64,000 nt of DNA from Paraspadella gotoi (Eukaryota; Animalia; Chaetognatha), in NCBI GenBank assembly GCA_051294375.1, contig CM119266.1:27295017-27359016 (forward strand), read 5' to 3'. A program made the position numbers and the translations under genes. Positions 40,739 to 64,000 of the stretch are shown here, in pieces. Below the pieces are notes generated by a model. The model was not told the DNA's origin and did not search any database. It saw only the letters and a list, made by a program, of their open reading frames with translations. Each line of letters opens with the position of its first letter. Position 1 is the stretch's first letter.

Positions 40739-41578
40739 CAATGCGCACCTGTTATCAAAGGACAAGGCCGAAACTGGACGGAAGAAGGAAGACCCCTGGT
40801 GATATTAGTGTAAAGATAAACATTTATTTGGCAGAAAACCTTAAAACCGCTTACTTTATCGCTTCGACTCGACAGCGGTTGAGTCATCGAAAACTCATCG
40901 CTCTGAAACTCGTCATTGTTCTATTCCAGTCAGTAAGAAGATAGCAATCGGAAAGACAATATGCTATTATAATCACGACGAGAAGTGTTATAAAAGCGTC
41001 TTGTTTTTCTCTGATTGATGTTCTTAATTTTATTGTTTCATCTTTTACATCATCGGTGTGCCAAGGAGTTATATAATTATAAGATTGACACAATTCTTAT
41101 GGATTGTTTTTATTAATGAGTTTATTTAGTCATGCTTTAATGATAGCGATTAAAATTTTTTTTTCAATTTATGGGGATGAATTTTTTATTTTATTTGTGG
41201 GCGGAGACAAAGAAAACAATATCTGTATCTGTTGGTTAATTTATTTTCCCTAATCATTTTCGTATTTTATTTTGTCAGCATTTATGTCTGTTTGTTTTCG
41301 GAAGGTAGTCGCCACTTCTAGTTTTTCTGTTTGTAATTTAAATTTGTAATTTACTCTCACTGATAAAAATGTATGATTATGTAATTTTTCATTTAGAAAT
41401 GAAAAAAATGACATGGCCTGATGCGGAGAATTACCATGAAAAATAAGTTAAAGGTAAACCGTATTTTATTATACGTAATTAATACTTTCTTTTATATGTA
41501 AAAATAAGGTTTGTCTAGTTATTTTTTTCTAATTTGAACTTTTTATTGTTAAAACTGTAACGTAGAAACGTGAAAAAA

Positions 41579-52729
<11,151 letters not shown>

Positions 52730-52865
52730 ACGAAACAGGAGAGAGGTTTCTGCCTTTTGTTTTACCGACGTTCGTCTGTGATTATTTATTAAGTTTTCCG
52801 CCGTTTTTCACGGTTATTGTTATTTTTTCAGATTTTCTGGGGTTTTTTCTAAAACATTTATAATT

Positions 52866-54895
52866 ATGGCGGATGCGGCGGCGAAACTCCCGACCGTCCC
52901 GGAGACGTTGCTAAAGAAAAGGAAGCTACGGTCCGAGCTAAGAGCGAAGCAGATCAAGGCCGCCCTCGTTGAGAGAAAAAAGGTGCGTTGCCGCTGCTCT
53001 CGATAATTGGAGGTCAGGATTTAATTACAATTAGTTTCGCAATATTGTTCGGAACTTATTCATCCGACTCATTACTTTGATATTAATATTTGTTTCTTTT
53101 TTTTCGCAGGCCAAGGCCAAGCGCACGACCATCTTCAAGCGCGCCGAGCAGTACGTCCGTGAGTACCGACGCCAAGAGGCCGACGAGATCCGCATGGCGC
53201 GCGACGCTCGAAAGCACGGCAACTTTTATGTTCCCTCTGAAGCTAAGCTCGCCATCGTTATCAGGATTAGGGGCATCAACGGCCTGCATCCCAGAGTCAG
53301 AAAGGTATATAAACTATAAGGGAAAAAATACGGAATTTGAAAATACACGGGCGAAGAAAGTTTTTGTATCGCTTTTGCCCATAAGTGTCGTCGTCGTCGT
53401 CGTCGTCGTCGGCGTTCCAAATTATAGATCGCCTTTTTTATGATTAAATTTGGGTGTATGAAGCTGAAAATTTATATACAGCTTCTCCTCATCGGTGTGC
53501 TTAAAATTGAGTCTGGACAGTTATTTAATATGTTTTGTTTACGTTTTATTAAAACAAACAAATTTTCTCTCTTTTATTTTCATATTTCTTTCTCTCTCTC
53601 TTTTCTCTTTTAATTACATGTCTCTCTCCCTCTCTCTTTTCCCTAGTCACTGATTCATAATCATAGGGGAAAAAACGAGCCTGCAGCTGGCTCTGCAGGG
53701 GCTTATTCTTTTTCTCTTTTCTCCTGCTGCTTCTGCTGCTGCCTTTTGAGTCTGCAGCTGGCTCTGCAGTAGCTCTTTTTCTCTCTTTTCTCCTGCTGCT
53801 TCTGCTGCTGCCTTTTGATTTCTTTCTTTTCTTTCTCTTTCTGCGTTTTTATTAAAAAAAAAATGAATTAGGATTGAACTCGTAAAATTAGGCATCGCAT
53901 TCGTGCATGTTATCATTTTGCTATTATTATTATTTTTTTTTTATTGACAATCGCAAAATAAAATTTTTCTTTGTTTATAATTTAATTTTCTTTTCTCAAA
54001 TTTTCTTTTTTAGTATCAAAATTTGTCGTCAATCCAGATTTTTTTTATGCTATTGCGACGATCCTTATGATTTTAAGATTTTTTAGTCATGTCATGTCAT
54101 GTGATAAAGGGAAAATAGTCACTGCAACACACAGGAATTACCGTTCGTGTTTTTTTAATCAACAGATATTTAAAGAAATTTTTTTCATTTTACATCGCTT
54201 TCCCGCTCTTAAAGGTGCTTCAACTGTTGCGGTTGCGGCAAATCAACAACGCCACCTTCGTAAAACTGAACAAGGCGACGCTCAGCATGCTACGCATTGC
54301 GGACCCTTACATCGCTTGGGGTTACCCCAACCTGAAGTCGGTCCGCGAGCTTGTCTACAAGAGAGGTTATGGCAAGCTTCAGGGCCGTCGCTGCGCTCTC
54401 ACCAACGAGATCATCGAGCAGCGCCTGGGTGAGTTTTCATTGTTGTTTTTATTGCTCGCGCGTTTGTAGCATGGGCCCGACATCGATTTTCCCTGATGGT
54501 CGAGTCCATAAGGCGCGCTAAAGAAGTTGGAGTTGATGCCTTCGCGGATCTTTTCTGTAGTTCCGAGAAGTTTTTAAAAGCCCTCCCGACATTTGTTAAA
54601 TAATTCGTGTTACATACCTATTTAGTATTTACTAAGCGAAAACAAAAAGAAAGAAAAAGTGACAAGACGCTTAATTTTACTTACAGGAAAATTCGGAATC
54701 ATCTGTGTTGAAGATCTCATCCACGAGATCTTCACAGTTGGTCCCCACTTCAAAGTCGCCAACAACTTTTTGTGGCACTTTAAACTGAACAACGCCCGCG
54801 GAGGCTGGCGCAAGAAGGCCAACCACTTCGTGGAAGGAGGGGATTTTGGCAACAGGGAGGACCTGATCAATCGCCTTTTAAAAAATATGATTTAA
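52866..54895 (+). CDS. RPL7: 60S ribosomal protein L7 (uL30)
   Basis: Exons 52866-52982, 53110-53304, 54215-54428, 54687-54895. Motifs [72 protein letters not shown]. Confidence 0.98.
53360..54085 (+). mobile_element. 5'-truncated HINE-like element, family C, in RPL7 intron 2
   Basis: Colinear with 59905-61320 in TCTP intron 1; (GTC)n tract; ends ttgcgacgatccttatgattttaagatttttt. Confidence 0.8.
54458..54594 (+). ncRNA. Box H/ACA snoRNA candidate in RPL7 intron 3
   Basis: Hairpin 1 (gcgcgttt/aaggcgcgc; atgg..cgacatc/gatggtcg..ccat), H box AAAGAA 54520-25, hairpin 2 (gttggag/ctcccgac; cttcgcgga/ttccgagaag), ACA at 54589-91; 137 nt. Confidence 0.75.
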
Positions 54896-55101
54896 AAAGG
54901 ACTGAAGATCCACCGGTCCGTTTTTTTTTCGCCATCGCCATCGTTTTCGCCAGAAAATATTCAAGGGTCAAATTTTCTTTTTAAATCCGGCTAAGTTTGT
55001 TGGGAAGAGAAAGTTCATTTGTTTCTATTATTGTATTCCTTTTAGAACGTTAGATATTTTTACATTGGTTCCCTGTTTGGGACCTTGAAAACTTTTTCAG
55101 C

Positions 55102-55435
55102 ATGGGCTCTCATAAGACGTTTAAGATCAAGAAGGTTTTGGCCAAGAAGCAGAAACAGAACAGGTAACTCTATTTATTTAGTTAAGCGATTGCTTATCAA
55201 GTGTTTAGCATGATTAACCAACAGACCTGTTCCGATTATTTTTCTGAGGAACATGTTAGCTAATGATTTTTTTCCAATTAAGATTTTAATTATAGAAGCA
55301 AAGGAAAAAATTAACTGAATTTGTCGCGTTTTAATTCACAGGCCGATCCCGCAGTGGATCCGAATGCGGACTGGAAATACGATCCGCTACAACGCCAAGC
55401 GGCGTCACTGGAGGAGGACCAAGCTCAAGCTTTGA
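55102..55435 (+). CDS. RPL39: 60S ribosomal protein L39 (eL39), 51 aa
   Basis: Exons 55102-55163 and 55342-55435 give [51 protein letters not shown]. Absent from the ORF track. Confidence 0.98.
55205..55270 (+). ncRNA. Box C/D snoRNA, U25/SNORD25 (snR56)-like, in the RPL39 intron
   Basis: C-like ATGATTA 55210-16; guide ACAGACCTGTT 55221-31 (antisense to conserved 18S AACAGGUCUGU); D' CCGA; C' CTGAGGA; D-like ATGA 55263-66. Confidence 0.75.
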
Positions 55436-55722
55436 GCTGATTCGTCTCCTCAGTCTCGTTTCAAACGTCAGACGTGGCCATTTTCGTCGCCGGCCTTGTG
55501 GAACGTCCAAGATGTCTCTGGAATCGCTTCCATTATGCGAAAGGGACTCTTTTATAAATTGGTCAATTCAGCCTTTTATTATTTTCTTTTTTCAGTTTCA
55601 ATGCGATTGAAAAAGTTTAAAAAAAGTTTTTTTTTAGTTTACATATTTCGCTTTCTCCTTAAGATTTAAGGTTTTTTTGAATCAATATCTCATATTTTTA
55701 AAAGAATTAAAGAACAATAAAA

Positions 55723-56379
55723 ATGGTGGCCACAAAAAAATCCAAGAAGACCCTGGAGAGCATCAACTCTCGGTTGGCGCTCGTCATGAAGAGCGGGAAG
55801 TTTTGTCTCGGGACGAAACAGACGCTTAAATCGCTGAGACAGGGAAAGGCCAAGCTCGTCATCATCGCCAGTAATTGTCCTCAGTTGAGGTGAGTTGTGA
55901 CAAAGTGAAGGATTGTAGTTTTTGACTAATCTAAACGTGATTTAAAAACACAGACCTGTTCCGAAAAATTGAATGAGGACAGCTTTAAATAATATGAATT
56001 CCTATCTTTAGTTTTAACATTTATTTGCGCTTGAAGATCTCTCAATTAAAAAGAGCGTATTTTTTTTACGCCGACAGAAAAAGCGAGATCGAATATTACG
56101 CAATGTTGGCCAAGACGGGCGTGCATCACTACAACGGCAATAACATCGAGTTAGGCACGGCCTGCGGAAAATACTTCCGCGTCTGCGTTCTCTCCATCAC
56201 GGATCCGGGTGAGTTTGTGGGCGGGCGGCCGTCGAGTTTCGACGGTATTTCGAACCGGATGGTTAAAATAATATTTGTGCAAAGTTATTAAGTTTTTTAT
56301 TAACGTTTAAATTAATGTTTGTGACGTTATAGGCGATTCTGATATCATCCGTTCGATGCCCGCCGGCGGAGAAGCGTGA
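55723..56379 (+). CDS. RPL30: 60S ribosomal protein L30 (eL30)
   Basis: Exons 55723-55889, 56078-56208, 56333-56379. Motifs [63 protein letters not shown]. Confidence 0.98.
55932..56001 (+). ncRNA. Second U25-like box C/D snoRNA, in RPL30 intron 1
   Basis: C-like GTGATTT 55937-43; guide CACAGACCTGTT 55949-60; D' CCGA; C' ATGAGGA; D-like ATGA 55994-97. Confidence 0.75.
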
Positions 56380-56539
56380 GCGCCGAGTTGACCCCGAAAA
56401 CCCGCAGCTTACGTGGAGCCACAACTAATGATCATTTTAGAGTTCTTTTTTTCAAAGCCATCGTTTTTTTAATATTGCCTAAATGGTTACTATTTCGTTT
56501 AAGGAGTGTCAAATTTATTTTGGTTAATTTAACATTTGA

Positions 56540-56566
56540 AATAAAAGTTTCCCGTTTTCTTTACAG
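56540..56566 (+). promoter_or_regulatory. Poly(A) signal immediately followed by a 3' splice acceptor (RPL30/PSMC1 spacer)
   Basis: AATAAA at 56540-45 and ttttctttacag ending at 56566. Confidence 0.55.
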
Positions 56567-56704
56567 TTCATCTTGTATTTTTAGTGGTATTTTATTAAAT
56601 ATAAAATTTAAAAACCTCAAAGGGAACAAGGATAAACTCTCCCAGATCGTGTCGTTTTTTCGACAAACAAACTTAAAACTAAAATCGCGCGTGGTTAAGA
56701 ATAA

Positions 56705-58984
<2,280 letters not shown>

Positions 58985-59363
58985 TGGAGAGTCTGGACCT
59001 TTTCTCTAGTGCTTTAGATAACAAATATTCTGTCCTCCTTTCAAATTATGTCTCTTGTCCGTCGCGTCGGGTTTTGACGATTGAGTTTTATGTTTATATA
59101 TAAATAAAAAGAAATCATTTTAATTTTTAAAAACAACGCGAACCCATTTCTCTCGTCGTCGAGATTCACGGCTTAAAAGCGTTGGATGTCACGCCTTGTT
59201 TCATTACTATTATTATTATTATTGTATACTGTTTATAATTTAGCACGTGCCATTATATGTTTTTTTTTCTCCCCTCGGCTTCAGCTGACTTTTTAGAGAG
59301 AATTTATTTTCCTTAATTATTTACTTTAAACTCTCAAAGCCCAACACAACTCCCTAAGCGAAA

Positions 59364-62300
59364 ATGATCATCTACAAGGACATTATTACGGACTTTGAGC
59401 TTTTCAGCGATTCCTATACTTGCAAACTCGACAAAGGCGTGTACGAGGTGAGTAGTTCGTTCAGCAAGTGACGAAGTGAAAAAAGAATGGGTAGCTGACT
59501 TGGGCGAGATGTTAATTCGTTTCTGCTTCTTTTGACCGTAGTCGTCGTTGTTGTCACGCTGTTTTAACATTTAAAATCGCTCAAGTGTGTTACCATAGGA
59601 AGTTAAAAATTTAGATATAGCTTCTAATCACTGATCAGCAAGATCTTTTAGATTCACACGTTTCATATTCCTACACTCATTTGTTTGTTTTATTTATAAA
59701 ACAATTTTTATATATATAGACAAGTTCAGCTCTTCAGCTTTCTCTTTTTCTATTAAATATATGTCGTTCTCTCTTTTTCGTCGCTGCTTCTTCTGATTCG
59801 TCTAAAAACGAGTTAAGCTCTGCAGCGGTTGTCCAGCTTCTTTCATCTTTATTTCTCTTTCTCTCTTTTTTATCGTCGCAATCGCTGAGCGTTTGCGACG
59901 ATATTGCAACGCTTTTGCGCATAAGTGGCGTCGTCGTTGTTTGTCTGTCGCGTTCCAAATGTATAATTGCCTTTTTTATGATTAAATTTGGGTGTATGAA
60001 GCTGAAATTTATATACAGCTTCTCATCTTCAATGTGCTTAAAATTAAAATTGAGTGTGGACAGTTAATATGTTTTGTTTACGTTTTATCAAAACAAACAA
60101 ATTTTCTCTTTTATTTTCATATTTCTTTCTCTCTCTCTTTTCTCTTTTATTACATGTCTCTCTCCCTCTCTCTTTTCCCGAGTCACTGATTCATAGGTAG
60201 CCATAGCCGATGAAATTTAAATGCTAATGTATACAGCGTTAAAATAATTCTATCATGACCATAGATTATGGTATTAAAATATTTTTTGTCAAAAATGCTT
60301 TCTTCTGAGGGTACTCGCCTAATTAAAAATATTATATTACTATATAGAGCAAAAAATTTTTTTTTAAATCTTAAAATTTTTTGATGGATTCTGATAGAGC
60401 ATAAAAAGTTAAACAAGAAATATAATTACAGCTTTAAAAAATCTTACGTTTTCTAAGTGAAAATATAAAAAAACTGATAAAATCATCGAAAGATGATGAT
60501 GATGATGATTTTTTATAGTTTTTCTTATTTTTTACACACTTATCGTAAAAATATTTAAAAAAGAATCATACTTTGTGTAGACAACTTTTTATGAGCTATC
60601 TGAATCTGGTCTTAAAATTTAAAAATTCAAAAAAAAAATTTTGGCCTTTCCTCCTATTAATAAATATTAAAAAATTAATTACTAGGGTATAGAGCCATAT
60701 TAGAAATTTTTGGTCCTGAAAGTATTCTTAAAAATGTCTAAATATTCGTTTGAGCATGTACTCACTCAAATTTTTGACTCACCCCATTGAGTGCGGCTAC
60801 CCCTATCATAGGAAAAAAACGAGTCTGCAGCTGGCTGCTAGGGGCTTATTCTTTTTCTCTCTTTCTCCTGCTGCTTCTGATTCTGCCTTTTGAGTCTGCA
60901 GCTGGCTCTGCAGGGTCTATTCTTTATCTCTCTTTTCTCCTGCTGCTTCTGCTGCTGCTGCCTTTTGATTTTTTTCTTTTCTCTCTCTCTCTCTTCTCTT
61001 AAAAAAAAAAATTGAAATAGGATTGAACTCGTAAAATTAGGCATCGCATTCGTGCATGTTATCATTTTGCTATCGCAAACATCAGGTTTTTATTTTTTTT
61101 TTTCAGGTGCTGCGTTTGCTGATTAGTTTCTTTTTTGACAATGAAAATTTTTTTTTTCAAGAACTGTAACTTTAATTTATAATTTATAAAATATAATTTT
61201 TCTTTCTGTTTATAAATTAATTTTTTTTTATCAAATTTTATATTTTTAGTATAAAAATTTGTCGTCAATCCATTTTTTTTTTATGCGATTGTGACGATCC
61301 TTATGCTTTTAAGATTTTTTTTCTCTCTCTTTCTTTCTTTCTCTCTCACTCATACACGCATCTGTTTGTTCTATTTAAGATGAATGATTATCATCGCATC
61401 GATGAATGATTATCATCGCATCGATGAATGATTATCATCGCATCGATGAATGATTATCATCGCATCGATGAATGATTATCATCGCATCGATGAATTATTA
61501 TCTATTCTTTGGTTATCATCGTATCAATCCTTTGGTTATCATGGTATCAATCCTTTGGTTATCACGGTATCAATCCTTTGGTTATCATGGTATCAATCCT
61601 TTGGTTATCACGGTATCAATCCTTTGGTTATCATGGTATCAATCCTTTGGTTATCACGGTATCAATCCTTTGGTTATCATGGTATCAATCCTTTGGTTAT
61701 CACGGTATCAATCCTTTGGTTATCACGGTATCAATCCTTTGGTTATCATCGTATCAATCCTTTGGTTATCATCGTATCAATCCTTTGGTTATCATCGTAT
61801 CAATCCTTTGGTTAACATCGTATCAATCCTTTGGTTATCATCGTATCAATCTTTTGGTTATCGTCACATAAATTTTTTGGTTATTATCGCATCAATAATT
61901 TATTATCATCGCATCAATAATTTGTTATCATCGCATCAATAATCAATTATTATTATATCAATCAATTACTATTATACCAATCAATCAATTACTATTATTT
62001 CAATCAATTACTATTATACCAATCAATCAATTACTATTATTTTAATCAAAAACTATTACATCAATAATTTGTTATTGCATAAATTATTATTTTTTTTGTT
62101 TTATTAATTTTCTTTGATGGTAACGTCTGGCGAGATCACTATACTTTTAAGATTTTTTTTTTTTAAACAGGTCGAAGCCAAATGGAAAGTGGTATCTGAT
62201 GACTTTGACGACTCGCTCATCGGGGCGAATGCGTCGGCGGAAGGTGGCGATGAGGGCATCATCAAAACGGAAGAGAGAGGTAAGTGGTGCATTTCATTTC

Positions 62301-62777
62301 TTGTCTGAAAAAAACTATTTTACATTTGGACCATTCAAAGACTTAAATCTTCTTACCCCACAGTCATCAATATAGTCCATGACTACAAGCTCGAAAGCTT
62401 TGAGCTTGATAAGAAAGGTTTCAAGAAGGCCGTTTCCACCTACGCGAAGAAGGTGGTCGAAAAGATGACGGCGAATGAAGCGCCTGCCGAGGATATCGCT
62501 ACCTTCAAGGAATGCATGAAGTGCAAGGTCGCGGAAATCTTAGCGAGTAAGTGATTTTGAAGTTTTCTCCGGACTCGTCCCGCCGCTCTTGTGTTCTCAT
62601 GACTTGAAAATATTTAATTGATCCCTTTTTACAGATTTCGATGATTACCAATTTTTCCATTCCATCGACGACTATGAATGTGTAGGAATGAACCCTCTGC
62701 TCACCTACAAGGACGGCGACGTGGAGAAGCCCGTTTTCTATTTCTTTGCCGGTGGCCTCGTCAAGGAGAAATGTTAG
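59364..62777 (+). CDS. TPT1: Translationally controlled tumour protein (TCTP), divergent
   Basis: Exons 59364-59447, 62171-62279, 62364-62546, 62635-62777. MIIYKDIITDFELFSDSY, LIGANASAEGGDEG, FDDYQFF, PVFYFFAGGLVKEKC. Confidence 0.95.
59866..61320 (+). mobile_element. HINE-like family C element in TCTP intron 1, interrupted at 60196-60803
   Basis: 5' tttttatcgtcgcaa..ttgcgacgata hairpin; 3' ttgtgacgatccttatgcttttaagatttttt; colinear with the RPL7 intron copy except for a ~608-bp insert (ends ggtagcc / ggctacc, TA-flanked). Confidence 0.8.
61379..61945. repeat. Minisatellite: 22-bp (gatgaatgattatcatcgcatc) x5 followed by 23-bp (tatcaatcctttggttatcaYNg) x~15
   Basis: Directly visible tandem units; a related shorter array lies at 34115-34320. 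Confidence 0.95.
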
Positions 62778-63321
62778 ACCAATTTTTCCCTCCTTTCCTC
62801 TCCGTCTCTTTCTCTCAACATTGGTTGGCTGATTGTCCTCGGAGAATAGCCTAGAAACGGACGTTTGTGGGCCGAACCCCGTATTTTTCATCAATGCCTT
62901 TGTCGAATACGAAAAAAATTGTGTGTACTCGTACACGAGAATCGCTAGGATTGGGTCGTCCCTCAAAATTTTAGTTATATATACCCTGGTTGTTAATTTC
63001 GCTTTTCTGTAGCAAATAGCTATACATACAATGTAAAGTATTAATGATAAATAAGTTTCAAATCATTTTTTTTTCTCTCGCTTGTCAGTTCATCAATAAT
63101 AGTAAGAGAAAGCTTTATACCGCCTCTTCCACGTGTTTTTCTGTTACGAAGGGGAACCCATCCTCTCGCCCCGCCACGGCGGTGGCGCGAAGGACAGGTC
63201 TCTTTGACAATACCAACTAAATTTTCTCTTCCCTCCCCAATTTAGGTTAATAATTAAAAAATTTAGTAGTAGTCGAAAAAGAAAAGATTAGTCGATAAGA
63301 AAATACTTTTTTTAAAAAAAA

Positions 63322-64000
<679 letters not shown>

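Noticed and set aside
59465-59502. Mini C/D motif (caag-GTGACGA..CTGA-cttg) at the start of TCTP intron 1
   Set aside because: Only ~38 nt, with no C'/D' boxes and no recognisable guide; may be chance or a relic.
61379-61945. Regular repeat array resembling CRISPR, and its three overlapping ORFs
   Set aside because: Units are contiguous with no unique spacers, the context is a eukaryotic intron and there are no cas genes; it is a minisatellite.

Overview
AT-rich animal (metazoan) genomic DNA with spliceosomal introns. The first ~34 kb is repeat-dominated and partly low quality: (GA)n/(GAAA)n microsatellites, four 25-N gaps, one 100-N gap, indel-riddled near-duplicate blocks at ~8-23 kb, MITEs, Helentron-associated (DINE-1/HINE-like) elements and tRNA-derived SINEs. 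From ~36 kb to the window end lies an unbroken + strand run of nine genes: an intronless clan-2 cytochrome P450, an intronless p24/TMED, POLR3A (9 exons), RPL7, RPL39, RPL30, PSMC1/Rpt2, TCTP and RPL23 (runs off the window). The last seven are separated by only 136-544 nt, and each spacer contains a pyrimidine-rich 3' splice acceptor ahead of the next ATG, which suggests a trans-spliced polycistronic (operon-like) unit for translation and growth. Its introns carry at least six candidate snoRNAs: two U25/snR56-like paralogs, one SNORD30-like, one unassigned C/D and two H/ACA. Exon boundaries and RNA folds were worked out by eye, family names come from recalled motifs rather than database searches, and the species cannot be determined from the sequence.
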